Positions 20,662 through 32,157 are shown, counted from the first letter of the stretch. The stretch is 64,000 bases of DNA from Gammaproteobacteria bacterium (GCA_963662545.2 CAXXLL010000002.1:2527135-2591134); one strand, 5' to 3'. Made by a program: numbers and translations. Notes: generated from the letters alone by a model not told the origin.

Positions 20662-20819
20662 GAAGTTGTGTCAATAGCTGAAAAATGCTCTACGCTGCGA
20701 AAATGTATCCCACTAGAATTTCTATGAGCGGTCGATTAGGGGGTCGCGCCGTTTAAGGTAGGTGAATCGGGCTACGCTTCTTCCACTTAGAAATTCGAGA
20801 TAACTTTTCACACAGCCCC
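20662..20819 (-). mobile_element. Diverged IS1182-type MITE, inverted homolog of 54931-55089
   Basis: Colinear with the reverse complement of 54931-55089 (e.g. taaggtagg.gaatcggg); flanks gatc/ggtc. Confidence 0.75.
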
Positions 20820-20873
20820 GGTCCATAGTGGACGGTCGCGGAAGGAATTCCGCCCTACGAGGAAGGTTTACCG

Positions 20874-21533
20874 ATGCCACCGCACTTAACCGCCAATGAA
20901 GCCCGCGTCATCGGCTGCCTGATGGAGAAGTCCGTCGTCACGCCGGACCAGTATCCACTGACGCTCAATGCCCTGACCAATGCCTGCAATCAGAAATCCG
21001 GGCGCAACCCCGTGACTTTGCTGGAGCAAGGCCTGGTGCAGCGTACGGTTCGCGACCTGGGAGCCAAACACCTCGTGCCCGTGGAAGAGAATTTCAAGAG
21101 TGGAGTGGAAAAGTACAAACAGCGCTTTTGCAATACGAACTTCAGTAATTATCAATTCGACCCGCCCCAGTTCGCCATCGTCTGCTTGCTGTTGCTTCGC
21201 GGTCCTCAAACGCCCGGTGAGCTAAGAGCGCACAGTGGGCGCCTGCATACCTTCGCCGATAATGCGGCGGTCGTGGAAGCGCTCGCCGGTCTGATCGAGC
21301 GGGAGGACGATCCGCTGGCGGTGAAGCTGCCGCGCACGCCGGGGCGCAAGGACGCAGGGTACATGCACCTGTTCTCCGGTCACGTTGACCTTGAGGCACA
21401 CGCTGTGCGAGCGCAAGCCGCGAAGGCTGGCGGTACTTCGGAGCGCGTGAGTGTGTCCGAGCTGGCACAGAGAGTCCGTAAGCTGGAAGCGGAAGTCGCC
21501 GACCTCAAGGAGTGGTTAAAGGGTTCACAATGA
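20874..21533 (+). CDS. DUF480 / YceH family protein
   Basis: EARVIGCLMEKSVVTPDQYPLTLNALTNACNQKS, LLLRGPQTPGELR. Confidence 0.92.
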   Translation: MPPHLTANEARVIGCLMEKSVVTPDQYPLTLNALTNACNQKSGRNPVTLLEQGLVQRTVRDLGAKHLVPVEENFKSGVEKYKQRFCNTNFSNYQFDPPQFAIVCLLLLRGPQTPGELRAHSGRLHTFADNAAVVEALAGLIEREDDPLAVKLPRTPGRKDAGYMHLFSGHVDLEAHAVRAQAAKAGGTSERVSVSELAQRVRKLEAEVADLKEWLKGSQ

Positions 21534-21705
21534 TTCGGCCTAATCTGCATCCTCATGAATATAGTGACGGAGGGGGAGGGATTGATTCGCAAACAAAGTT
21601 TTGTTTGCTCACCCCTGCGGGGCGCCTCCCCTTTGCTGCGGCGTCCAACTTCGCTTCGCGAAGTTATCGAACCGAGAGGGTCGTACCTAAGCCGCCCGCT
21701 CTACC

Positions 21706-21792
21706 ACGACCGCTTACGAGGGCATTGCAGACGTAATCTGGAGCTGTGCTGTACTGCCGCGATTAGCCGGCTAAAGACCCATTGCAGTCCTT
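21706..21792 (+). repeat. Composite repeat R1 (units A+B, unoccupied)
   Basis: acgaccgcttacgagggcattgcagacgt-31nt-gccggctaaagacccattgcagtcct. Confidence 0.85.
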
Positions 21793-22145
21793 GGAGCTGA
21801 CGTTTTCAGACGAGCGCTTTGGCCGCAATCCGTTACAAACTACGGTATCGAGCCGTCCGATAGCGCGGCGAGCCAAAAGCGGCGGCCAATATGTAAAGTA
21901 TAAAAGCCGACGGCAATCCGACGCATTCTCGGCGTTCTCGGAAAACGTGCAGCACGTACGTCGCTGCGCGCTGACCCTTCGGCCCGCGCACCCCCACAGG
22001 CAAAGGTGCCCGGCCTCAACGATTGAGGCGGGCTTAAGTAAAGCATCGATGCACGACCGCTTGAGCAGACGGCCGCGGCCTCACTTGTTCACCCAGAGTT
22101 TATGGGGGCAGCGTCTATCTGACGCGATGACTAAACGATGCAATG

Positions 22146-23195
22146 CTAGTTTCTAAAATGCGGCATGACTTCATCAGCAAAGAGTTTCATGCACGCCTCG
22201 GCCTTCTTCGGGTCCATGCCGGCTAACTGCATCCAGATCACCAAATGGGTCACCCGGCTTGCCTTTTGATACCGCTCGATCTCCGTGATTGCATCCTCCG
22301 GCGTACCGATCACGAGTGGGGCCTCGAAAAACGTTAGTCCGGGGGTATCACGAAGCTTCTCGGGCGGCGGCATGCTCGATACCGACATTGTTTCTTGAAA
22401 CCATTTGACATCCGCCGCCTCCTTCAACCACTTGTCGTAGGTTTCCATCATGTAGTGGGCATGATATTGGGTGTCATCCCACGCTTGATCCCGCGTCGGT
22501 GCGACATAGAACAATCGCAACTGGCTGACGCCATAGTCCGCCGGGTCCTTGCCTTCTTTGGCCAGGGCATCGTCGAAATACTGCTGCAGATTCTCACCAC
22601 CGGTCCCCGCTACATTGAGCCCGAAACGCGCCGCCCGCGCCGCCGCCCGCTTGCTCATGGCGGCCCCCCAAATCGGGGGGTGGGGTTGCTGGATTGGTCG
22701 GGGCATCAAAGTGACATTTTCCAAGTTGTAGTGCTTGCCGGAGAAGGAGAATGTCTCCTGAGTCCAGGCACGATGGATGATTTCGAGCGACTCATCCATG
22801 CGTTCGGCCCTTTCTCCACGCGAGATCCCGAATCCCTTGTATTCAGGGACCCTGTAGCCCAGGCCCAAACCGAGATCGAACCTGCCGTTGGATAGGATGT
22901 CGACCGTCGTCGCATCTTCGACGACCTGAACCGGATGCTTGCCTAGCGGCAGCAGCAGTACGAACGTCCCGATACGTATCGTCTTGGTACGTTGTGCCAT
23001 TGCCGCTGCAATGGGAAATAACGATGGCGACCACCCATCCTCGCAAAAATGATGTTCCGATAACCAAATCTCATCGTACCCAACGGATTCCGCCACCTTC
23101 GCCAGGCGCATTTGGGATTCATAGAATTTGTTCCAGGGCATCTGCCATTGCGGCGGGTTTCTAAATGGGAAAAACAAACCGAAACTTAGACTCAT
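22146..23195 (-). CDS. LLM-class flavin-dependent oxidoreductase
   Basis: IWLSEHHF, DILSNGRFDLGLGLGY, PRPIQQPHPPIW. Confidence 0.92.
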   Translation of the reverse strand: MSLSFGLFFPFRNPPQWQMPWNKFYESQMRLAKVAESVGYDEIWLSEHHFCEDGWSPSLFPIAAAMAQRTKTIRIGTFVLLLPLGKHPVQVVEDATTVDILSNGRFDLGLGLGYRVPEYKGFGISRGERAERMDESLEIIHRAWTQETFSFSGKHYNLENVTLMPRPIQQPHPPIWGAAMSKRAAARAARFGLNVAGTGGENLQQYFDDALAKEGKDPADYGVSQLRLFYVAPTRDQAWDDTQYHAHYMMETYDKWLKEAADVKWFQETMSVSSMPPPEKLRDTPGLTFFEAPLVIGTPEDAITEIERYQKASRVTHLVIWMQLAGMDPKKAEACMKLFADEVMPHFRN

Positions 23196-23237
23196 TTTTA
23201 TTTACCTCCTGAATTACAAGGCCCAAATCAACTGACC

Positions 23238-24432
23238 TGTGGGTGGCGAATTCCAATTTTGAACAGAAAGAGTGCAATTTCCTAGTCTTGTCAGCGTCGC
23301 CTAGCTGGATACGATAATGGGATGCGAGAAGGGATTTTCCTGCTCATCCATCTCATGGTGACGATCGCCAAATTACTAGGTCCGGGCGGCGTCCGATCGG
23401 TGGTCGCCGAATCGCTCCTGGTCAAACACCAATTGCTGATTCTCAATCGCTCGCGCGAGCGCGCGCCGAACCTGCGCGCCATGGACCGAGTCATAGCTGG
23501 ACTCTGTGCTTGCTTCATGCGCCCAGCCCGGGTCGTGCGTTCTGGTATCGTGCTAAAACCCTCCACAATCATGAGCTTTCACCGACCCTCGTGAAGCGGA
23601 AATATCGATTACTGTTCACGCCTAAACACCGTGGAAAGCCGGGTCCGAAAGGACCGTCTCCCGAATTAATTTCCGCTATCGTTGAGATGAAACGGAGGAA
23701 TCCGCGTTTTGGCTGCCGGCGCATCGCACAGCAGATTTCGTTTGTCTTCGGAATCAAGATCGACAAAGACGTCGTGCGCCGCGTACTGGCCAAACACTAC
23801 CACCTCGGGCCTGGTTCTGGTGGTCCGAGCTGGCTGACGCTCCTCGGGCACACTAAGGACAGCCTCTGGAGCGTCGACCTGTTTCGGTGCGATTCGTTGA
23901 TCCTCAAAACCCACTGGGTGATGGTCGTCATGGACCAATTCACTCGGCGAATTATCGGTATCGCCGTAAATGCAGGCGTGCTCGATGGACCCACGGTCTG
24001 CCGTCTATTCAACGAAGCGATCGCCGGATCAGGATCTCTACCCCACTATCTCAGCAGTGACAACGATCCGTTGTTTGAATTCCATCACTGGAAGGCGAAC
24101 TTTCGGGTCCTTGAAATAGCGGAAGTAAAGACCGTCCCATACGTCCCCTTATCTCATCCCTTTGTCGAACGTTTGATCGGCACCATCCGTCGGGAGTTTC
24201 TCGATTTCGTGCCTTTCTGGAATGCCCATGATCTGCGGCAGAAGCTCCATGATTTTCACGAATACTACAATTGTTCGCGCGTTCACCGTTCCCGGGACGG
24301 CTTCACACCGGATGTTCCGGCCTCGACTAAGAAACATCGGATCGCTCGGCTGGACGATTATCGATGGGAAAACCATTGTGGTGGCCTATATCAGCTGCCC
24401 GCGGCGGCGTGACTGTTAATTCGCCACCGACA
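23238..24432 (+). mobile_element. IS with integrase-core (rve) transposase, IS481-like TGT...ACA ends; transposase frameshifted
   Basis: Inverted repeats tgtgggtggcgaatt / aattcgccaccgaca; ORFs 23322-23594 plus 23510-24412 together match the intact paralog at 29384. Confidence 0.85.
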
Positions 24433-24748
24433 GGTCGATATCCTTTGCGTGAAGCTCGCCCAGGAAGCCTACCAGGTGCTGCAGGCTGCGACCGAGCCTG
24501 TCGATGCTCCATGCCATCACGACGTCGATTTCGCGCCGTGTAGCGGCTTTGAGAAGCGCATCGAACGCGGGGCGCTTGTCTCGGCCCTTGGCGCCTGAGA
24601 CCCCTTCGTCAACGAACTCGGCAACGACTTCCCAGCCGCAACGCTCGGCAACCTGGCGCAGTTCGCGGAGTTGGTTCTCGGTGGTCTGATCGTCGGTGGA
24701 AACGCGCGCGTAGATGACGGCGCGCTTGATAGACTTGTTGGTAGCCAT
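24433..24748 (-). pseudogene. Serine recombinase (resolvase) truncated by IS
   Basis: IYARVSTDDQ, DEGVSG, DRLGRS; cut at the IS end at 24432. Confidence 0.85.
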
Positions 24749-24847
24749 GGTCAACTCCTATACAGTTGATGGTGGTTAGGGCCGTGTGGGTGTTGACGCA
24801 CTCACGCGGCCTGTCTTTTCAAAGTAGCCCGTCTTGACCCGTTGTTC

Positions 24848-25340
24848 AAGAAACGAGCGTTTCCCCCGACGAGCGGCCCCTAGCGCAGCGCCATACCGCC
24901 ATGACCTGGGCGCAACGCCTCAAGCGGGTCTTCAACATCGACATCACCACCTGCCAGGCCTGTGACGGCACCCTGAAGGTCATTGCCTGCATCGAAGACC
25001 CCCACGTCATCCGCAAGATCCTCGACCACCTGGACAGGCTCGCACCAACAACCGACCCCAACTCATTACCCGAACCCCGAGCGCCCCCCCCAGCCGGGCC
25101 TGTTCGACACGCTCTGACCGTCCCGCTCTTCCCCGCACTGATGACCTTCCCAGACCCGGCAGAGTTTCGTTCGTCCGGGACCAGGAAAATGACCCACACC
25201 CCTCGCTCAACCACCACAACGTTCGCCAAATACAGCCCACATCCGGCAAGTTTTGCTCCACCTGCCCAGACCAACCAATACCAGTCAGCCCTTGGCAGGC
25301 TTGTCCTTCATCGGAATGTGGCTTTATGCTTCTATATGCG
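24848..25340 (+). mobile_element. ISCR/IS91-family remnant: transposase C-terminus plus oriIS-like end
   Basis: AMTWAQRLKRVFNIDITTCQACDGTLKVIACIEDP..I.KIL.HL..PRAPP; gtggctttatgcttctatatgc near 25318-25339 resembles ISCR oriIS ends. Confidence 0.75.
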
Positions 25341-25387
25341 CAGTACGCCATGTTCTGTCACTGCGCTAGAAGCCGCTAATCTCGCGG

Positions 25388-27427
25388 TCAGATCTCGCGC
25401 CCCAGCTGCTCTCCCTCGTAAATAATCGCAGCCAGCTTGCGTGGCGCGACCACATCTCCGACTCGGTGGACTTCTGGGAAGCTACCCCGAATTTCCTGAA
25501 ACAGGGCATCGTTCGGAGTCCGCAGCATAGAGAGAATAACGCTATCGACGGCGGCGATCGTGCGGGCCTGCCCGCCCCAGATGTTGTAGGTTTCGACCGT
25601 GTTCCCATCTACTTTCTCAATGTGATGCTGGGCCGTGAGCCGCACCCCGGCTTGAATGAGCTTGGGGTAGAGCACAGGCATGTCTCCAGTGCTGAAAGTG
25701 TCTTCACCGACAAACATGTGCGGAGAAATAACCTCGACCTCCGCGCCGCCTTGTGTGGCGAGTATCTCGGCGAGCCCGAGGGGCAGGTAGCTTGCGGTCT
25801 CGTCAACAATAATCACCCGCTTACCGAGTGCGGTGGGGTCTTCGAGGGCGCGGCGGGTGGCGGTCTCGACGTCCAGAACATGCTCCTGATCGGATCCAGG
25901 AATGCTCGCACGCTCGGACCGATACGGACTGAAACCACCGCCTGAGTCATACGTCGAGCCAGTGGCGCAGACAATGGCGTCGGCCTTTTCGTTTTCGAGC
26001 AAGCCTTTAGTCGCCGCCGTGCCGCACCGCACGATGACTCCGGCGGCTCCCATCTCATGCGTCAGATTATCAATCGCGCTTTGCCACTCGGCGCGAGTGG
26101 GTAGCCGTTTATGCAGATTGAGATGTCCCCCGAGTTCGTCTTCTTTTTCGATCAGGGTCACGTGATGGCCGCGCCTGGCTGCTATGGCCGCCGTCTTCAT
26201 GCCCGCAGGTCCGCCACCGACGATGACGATCTTTTTTGCTTCGTTTTCAGCGACCGATTTGAGCGTTCCGTCTCCCCATTGGCGCTCGCGTCCAACCGTG
26301 GGATTCATCAGACAGATCACTTCGCGATTGTTGAAAAGACGGTTCACACACTCGTTTGCCCCGACACATCTGATGATTTCCTTTTCTCGGCCCTCACGTG
26401 CTTTTGTCACGAGAAACGGGTCAGCCATTTGCGCGCGTGTCATCGCTACCATGTCGGCGGCCCCGTCGCTAAGGATCTGCTCTGCCATCGCGAGGTCGAG
26501 AATGCGGCCCACAATAAAAACCTTCGCGCGGTCGCCCACGATTTCTTTGGCGCGCTTGCCAAAAGGAACCAGAACGCCTTCTGGCCCACTACCCATGGGC
26601 GGGGCAACTCGATGTGGGGTTTGATAACCACCGCCTGAAATGTTGAAGAAATCGAATAAGCCGCTTGCAGCGAGGATCTCGGTCTGCTCCTCAGCTTGTT
26701 CCTGTGTGATCCCGGCCTCGCCTATGAATTCATCAAACGACAAGCGAATACCCAGCGTGAAGTCGGTGCCCACTTGCTGCCTGATACGCTCGCCAATCTC
26801 GAGCGCGAGCTGGCAGCGCTTTTGAACCGACCCGCCGTACCGGTCCGTTCGTTTATTGTAGGCCGGACTGAGAAACTGCCCGATCAGATAGCCGTGCGCA
26901 CCATGGATCTCGATTCCATCGAGGCCGGCGACTTTCACGTTCAGCGCCGACTCGCCGAAACCGGTGACCAGGTCATCGATGTGCGCTTGCTCCATCTGCA
27001 GAGGGATCTCTCTTCTCAGCACCGAGGGGATAGGCGACGCCGCCCACAACGGATGCCATTCGTCGATGAGCATCGTCCCTTGATCGTGAACGCCGGCAGC
27101 ATAGAGTTGGACAAATTGTTTCGCACCGTATGCGTGCACCGCCTCTGCCAGCTTCGCGTACTGGGGAATGGCGCGTTTTTCCCAAGCCGTACACCCCATG
27201 TGGAACGATCCCTTGCTAAGGCGATGGCCGGCTTGCTGCTCAGTGATGAGCAGTGCGACACCCCCCTTGGCTCGTTCGCGGTAGTAGGCGATATGACGAT
27301 CACTGAGAATGTGATCTTCTGCATACAGAACCGTTTGCGCGGTCATCATGATTCGGTGCTTGACCGTGGTATGACCGATGGTGAGAGGGCTCCACACGTG
27401 AGGCAATTCGGATAATGAGTCGCTCAT
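25388..27427 (-). CDS. NADH:flavin oxidoreductase (OYE / TMADH-like with FAD domain)
   Basis: YYRERAKGG, EIHGAHGYLIGQFLSP..NKRTDRYGG, IVGGGPAG. Confidence 0.92.
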   Translation of the reverse strand: MSDSLSELPHVWSPLTIGHTTVKHRIMMTAQTVLYAEDHILSDRHIAYYRERAKGGVALLITEQQAGHRLSKGSFHMGCTAWEKRAIPQYAKLAEAVHAYGAKQFVQLYAAGVHDQGTMLIDEWHPLWAASPIPSVLRREIPLQMEQAHIDDLVTGFGESALNVKVAGLDGIEIHGAHGYLIGQFLSPAYNKRTDRYGGSVQKRCQLALEIGERIRQQVGTDFTLGIRLSFDEFIGEAGITQEQAEEQTEILAASGLFDFFNISGGGYQTPHRVAPPMGSGPEGVLVPFGKRAKEIVGDRAKVFIVGRILDLAMAEQILSDGAADMVAMTRAQMADPFLVTKAREGREKEIIRCVGANECVNRLFNNREVICLMNPTVGRERQWGDGTLKSVAENEAKKIVIVGGGPAGMKTAAIAARRGHHVTLIEKEDELGGHLNLHKRLPTRAEWQSAIDNLTHEMGAAGVIVRCGTAATKGLLENEKADAIVCATGSTYDSGGGFSPYRSERASIPGSDQEHVLDVETATRRALEDPTALGKRVIIVDETASYLPLGLAEILATQGGAEVEVISPHMFVGEDTFSTGDMPVLYPKLIQAGVRLTAQHHIEKVDGNTVETYNIWGGQARTIAAVDSVILSMLRTPNDALFQEIRGSFPEVHRVGDVVAPRKLAAIIYEGEQLGREI

Positions 27428-27688
27428 GGTTACTCCGTTCGCAGCGTACAATTTACCGCCAGGCTTGTTCTGTTATAGCCCATTATTGTCTTTTGTCGTT
27501 TCCTCTGCCTCGCAAGTCACAAAGACTCCGTTGAGATTGTCCAGCGGGCTCCCGAATCGGGCTATATATAGACTTGGCACAACGCAAAAAATGCGAAACT
27601 GGAGGGCGCAGGTATATTGAGGACAAGGACAGTTGGGGGGCAGTCGCATCGATTGCGTCACTTGTGCCGTCACGCGGAGGAAAAAAGG

Positions 27689-28429
27689 ATGGGAATTCCA
27701 AGACTGATTTATATTTATCAATCGCCCTGGTCAGAACGCGCGCGCTGGGGATTTGAGTTCAAAAAGGTGCCCTATGAGCGAGTAGATTACCAAGTTGGGA
27801 CGGGCGAAGACGAGTTGAACCAGCAGACCGGTCAAGTCCAGGTTCCCGTCCTCGATATCGGAGAGACCTGGCTCTCGGATTCGACCGCGATTCTCAACTG
27901 GTTGGAAGACCGCTTTCCGCAGCCAGCGCTCATGCCCCAGTCGGATGCCGAAAGAGCCGAAGTGATGCTGTGGGAAGAATTGATGGATGGGGTGCTCGGA
28001 CCGCAAGCACGAGTGCTTATCACCGGCCGCCTTTTGGCATCGACGGATTCTCAAGTCCAACAACTGGGTGAGTTCCTGAAGCAGAAATATCACTACTCGG
28101 CAGGCTACGCAGAAGAGCATGCCCGCGCCACGGTCAAGCGCTGCCTTACGATTCTTACCCACACGCTGGCCGAACGACGCTACTTGGTGGGCGACACGTT
28201 TACTCGCGCGGACTTAACGGCCGCCTGCATGCTCGCTCTAGTCAACCCACCGCCAGATGATCTGTTTTTTGTGGCGTCTGCTGACGGTGACGATCAAGAC
28301 GGCAATATTGGCGCTAAGCTGCGCACGCTATGGGTCGACAGAACAGCTCGCGAGCCCGACTACGCAGCGCTCTTTGCCTGGCGAGATGCAATCTATCGAG
28401 AACATCGGGGCGGGCAGGTGAAGCCCTAG
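27689..28429 (+). CDS. Glutathione S-transferase family protein
   Basis: SPWSERAR, QVPVL, DSTAI, YLVGDTFTRADL. Confidence 0.88.
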   Translation: MGIPRLIYIYQSPWSERARWGFEFKKVPYERVDYQVGTGEDELNQQTGQVQVPVLDIGETWLSDSTAILNWLEDRFPQPALMPQSDAERAEVMLWEELMDGVLGPQARVLITGRLLASTDSQVQQLGEFLKQKYHYSAGYAEEHARATVKRCLTILTHTLAERRYLVGDTFTRADLTAACMLALVNPPPDDLFFVASADGDDQDGNIGAKLRTLWVDRTAREPDYAALFAWRDAIYREHRGGQVKP

Positions 28430-28489
28430 CCGTGTCTCAACGACAGCGTCTTCGTCGGGAAAGAACAAAAAGCGGCATCAGCTGGTGCT

Positions 28490-29245
28490 TCAAAGAAACA
28501 CGTCGCCGCCGTTTGGACTGAGACATTGGCCATGGAAGTGGCGCGATTCATCGGACGCCAAGAAGACATACGCAGGGACGATATCGTCGACTTCTGCAAT
28601 CCGCTTCTTGGGAATGGAATCGCGGATGACGTCAATCAATTCGGCGGGCGCCTTATCGAGAATAGGCGTACGCGTGGCGCCGGGGGCGACGCAGTTGGCA
28701 GTAACGTTGCGTGCGCCAATCTCGAGCGCGAGCGAGCGCGTGAACGAAACGATGGCACCCTTAGCAGCCGTGTAGTGTGTGAGTCCCGGTGCACCTTTGT
28801 ACGCGAGTTGTGAGGCGGTGTTGATAATGCGCCCGTAATCCTGGTCGTACATCATCGGCAGGATGCGCCGCGTGGTGAGAAACACGCTCCTCAAGTGTAC
28901 CGCCAGCATTCGATCCCATTGCTCGACTGGAATTTCCTCGACAGGCGCAATGTGCACGATGCCCGCGTTGTTGATCAAAATGTCGATGCCGCCAATGGCG
29001 TCGACCGCCTGGTCGATGAGGTTATCGACGTGATCCTCTCGCGAAACATCCGCCATGACAGCCAGCGCCCGCCGCCCGCGCGATTCGATGGCTGCAACGA
29101 CAGCCAGGGCATTAACGCGCTGTTGATCGTCGGGGTAATTCACTATGACGTCCGCCCCTTCGTCAGCGAAGGCGAGCGCCACGCCTGCGCCGATCCCGGA
29201 GCTACTGCCAGTGATCAAGGCTCGTCTGCCAGTCAATTTTTCCAT
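28490..29245 (-). CDS. SDR oxidoreductase
   Basis: TGSSSGIG, NNAG, YTAAK. Confidence 0.92.
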   Translation of the reverse strand: MEKLTGRRALITGSSSGIGAGVALAFADEGADVIVNYPDDQQRVNALAVVAAIESRGRRALAVMADVSREDHVDNLIDQAVDAIGGIDILINNAGIVHIAPVEEIPVEQWDRMLAVHLRSVFLTTRRILPMMYDQDYGRIINTASQLAYKGAPGLTHYTAAKGAIVSFTRSLALEIGARNVTANCVAPGATRTPILDKAPAELIDVIRDSIPKKRIAEVDDIVPAYVFLASDESRHFHGQCLSPNGGDVFL

Positions 29246-29295
29246 TGCGAGGACCCCGTATTTCTTGCCTGAAGTTGGTAGCGAGGCCGCGTACC

Positions 29296-30492
29296 TGTCT
29301 GTGGCGAATTCGTAATTTTCACCTGAAAACGATAACTGAGACAGTCTTGTTCCAGACGGCAACCTTTCCTAACCTCCCTGGCCATGAAGGACCTGTTAGT
29401 ACTCGTCGCACATTTATTTACTACCATCGCCAAACTCCTGGGACCCGGTGGTGCGAAGGCCGTCGTCGCCGACAGCCTCCTCATGAAGCAGCAACTCCTG
29501 GTCATCAATCGTTCTCGGCGACGCGCACCCAATCTCTCGGTATTTGATCGATTCTTGGTCGGCTTCTGGCCATTGTTTCTCAGTCCACGCCGTATTCAGC
29601 GGGCTGCCGTGATTATCAGACCATCGACACTTCTGAAATTTCACGACATCCTCAAGAAGCGAAAGTATCGACTCCTGTTTTCATCGGGCAGAAAAGGAAA
29701 GCCAGGTCCCAAGGGCCCATCACCGGAACTCATCCAAGCTATCGTTGAACTGAAACAACGTAACCCGCGCTTTGGCTGCCGCCGGATCGCCCAGCAGATC
29801 GCCAACACGTTCGGGATCGATATCGACAAGGACCTTGTAAGGCGTGTCCTCGCCAAATACTACCGCCCAATGCCCAACGACGGTGGGCCATCCTGGTTGA
29901 CCTTCCTCGGAAACACCAAGGACAGCCTCTGGAGCATTGATCTGTTTCGGTGTGAATCTATTCTGCTGAACAGCCACTGGGTGCTCGTGGTGATGGACCA
30001 GTTCACCCGTCGCATCATCGGCTTCGGTGTGCAAGCCGGCGATGTCGATGGGTTCGCCCTGTGCCGCATGTTCAATACAACCATTTCTACCCAGGGTGTT
30101 CCGCACTATCTCAGTTCTGACAATGACCCGCTATTCCTGTATCACCGATGGCAAGCCAATTTACAAATTCTTGGGGTCGACGAGATTAAGACCGTCCCGT
30201 ATACGCCGCAATCGCATCCCTTCGTTGAGCGACTGATCGGGACGATCCGTCGCGAATACCTTGACCACATCTTCTTCTGGAACACTCAGGATCTTGAGCG
30301 AAAACTCGTCGACTTCAGGCAGTACTACAACCGCGAGCGGGTTCATCATTCGCTAGGCGGAGATACACCGGGAATGGCTAGCGGTGATCCCCAGCCTCGA
30401 CGCGCAAATCTCCGTAACTATTCATGGATATCACACTGCAATGGACTTTTTCAGACTCCCATCGCCGCATGAATAGGAATTCGCTACCCACA
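29296..30492 (+). mobile_element. IS with intact rve transposase (CDS 29384-30472), same family as 23238-24432
   Basis: Inverted repeats tgtctgtggcgaatt / aattcgctacccaca; DDE residues in WSID, SSDND, VERLIGTIRRE. Confidence 0.88.
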
Positions 30493-30545
30493 CCTCCACA
30501 CCTTCATTTCTTGCAATAATACGATAGTTCTATAATAATCATATT

Positions 30546-30914
30546 ATGATACGGCACGGGCAACGCCAGCTGACATCGCAACTCGACGGGGTTTTCTTGG
30601 CGTTGTCGGATCCCATCAGGCGCGCGATGCTTGAACGTTTGCATCAGACTGAAATGACTATCGGTGAATTGGGTGACCCTTTTCCCGTCGGAAAACCGAC
30701 TATTACGCATCACACACGTGTACTAGAGAGCGCCGGTTTGATTCGAATCAGGCGCGACGGGCGTCGGCGCTGGTGTGCCATTTCGCGTGATGCTCTGCAC
30801 GCGGCGAGTGGTTGGTTGGAGTTCTTTTCGGCCTTTTGGTCAGAATCTTTCGATCGACTCGAAGAAACTCTTGACCAGGGCGGCCGCGAACCAAATGCGC
30901 GATTAAAACGATGA
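30546..30914 (+). CDS. ArsR/SmtB transcriptional regulator
   Basis: VFLALSDPIRRAML, HTRVLESAGLI. Confidence 0.9.
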   Translation: MIRHGQRQLTSQLDGVFLALSDPIRRAMLERLHQTEMTIGELGDPFPVGKPTITHHTRVLESAGLIRIRRDGRRRWCAISRDALHAASGWLEFFSAFWSESFDRLEETLDQGGREPNARLKR

Positions 30915-31330
30915 GCGGGGCAATCGAAATCGAGCGCTCGTTCGATACATCGGCGGAACTTGTGTTCGAAGCCTGGACGCAGGCCGAACGGCTCACCACA
31001 TGGCTCGGTCCCGAAGGATTCGTATGCAAGCATGTTGAGTTGGACGTTCGCGTAGGCGGCACGCTCGCAGTCGACATGCTCTCGCCAGACGGCACGTCGT
31101 ATCGATTTGTAGGCTCTTATCGAGAGGTATCGCCGCCGGCGCGGCTGGTATTTACGTGGGGCACGCCTGCGACGGGGGAGACAGTGTGTACTGTGCAGCT
31201 TACGTCCAAGGGTCAGCGTACGCACATGCATTTCAAACAGACCAACATCCGGCAAGAAGAGATCGCGGGTTATCGCACAGGCTGGGAACAATCGATTGCG
31301 AAATTGACGCAATCGATTTCGTCCTTATGA
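30911..31330 (+). CDS. SRPBCC/AHSA1 domain protein
   Basis: VFEAWT..L..WLGP, DVRVGG, RLVFTW, GW; ATGA overlap with ArsR. Confidence 0.88.
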   Translation: MSGAIEIERSFDTSAELVFEAWTQAERLTTWLGPEGFVCKHVELDVRVGGTLAVDMLSPDGTSYRFVGSYREVSPPARLVFTWGTPATGETVCTVQLTSKGQRTHMHFKQTNIRQEEIAGYRTGWEQSIAKLTQSISSL

Positions 31331-31346
31331 ATGAATGAGGTGAACT

Positions 31347-31784
31347 ATGAATAGAGTATACGGCGCACCGCTGAGCGCGGTGGTATGTGCGGGAATCGCG
31401 AACTTCGTATTCGGATTCGTTTGGTATGGCGCCTTATTCGGCGAGGCGTGGGGTCGACAAACGGGAATTGCTATGGGTGGCGACGGCGGTTCCGTCATGC
31501 TCGGTTCGGTCGTTGGGACTATCGCATATAGCTTTTTGTTGGCACTTGGTGTCGCTTACACGTTGGGACGCGGCGACGAAACGAGCGTTCTTGCCGGATT
31601 TAAAACAGCGGTGCTACTCGCATTACTCTTAATCCTTCCCGCGCATGCGTCGAAGTGGGCCTGGCAGCTAAAGCCAGTGCTTTTCGCTATCGATGCGAGT
31701 AAGGACGCTTTGTGTGTGATTATGTCCGGACTCATATTGGGAGCGTGGCCACAGGCCGTGAAGGCGGATCCCGTCTCCGCTTAA
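31347..31784 (+). CDS. DUF1761-like membrane protein
   Basis: GFVWYG.LFGEAW, four hydrophobic segments. Confidence 0.75.
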   Translation: MNRVYGAPLSAVVCAGIANFVFGFVWYGALFGEAWGRQTGIAMGGDGGSVMLGSVVGTIAYSFLLALGVAYTLGRGDETSVLAGFKTAVLLALLLILPAHASKWAWQLKPVLFAIDASKDALCVIMSGLILGAWPQAVKADPVSA

Positions 31785-32144
31785 CGTCCGTTCGGAGCCG
31801 CATGGGACTGGAGCAGCGGGTTCAGGTGCCGGAGTTGATTTATTCCACTATACATAGTGGCTCTGCCGTCGGAATCGTGAAAAAGCGCGGCACGGTACCG
31901 AATCGCAGCGGCCAAATCGGCGCACCTGCCCCTCCTAAATATTCGTCCGAATTGATTTAGGAGGGATGTTAAAGTTTCGTTTCCCTGATAATTCCCTGTT
32001 AACTTCTGACGCGTTTTATCGCAGGGTGCCGTAACGCGCTATAAACGCAGGATATTGGTAAAGCACAGCCGGATTTACTGGCGGAAATCGAAAGATTTTC
32101 CCTGTATTTTCCCTGTAAACATGGGAGAGTAGTTCGCACCAGAC

Positions 32145-32157
32145 TCCCTCTCCGCCA
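32145..32157 (+). other. tRNA-Ser-like 3'-end fragment (possible att core)
   Basis: tccctctccgcca preceded by gttcgc; no full cloverleaf. Confidence 0.45.
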
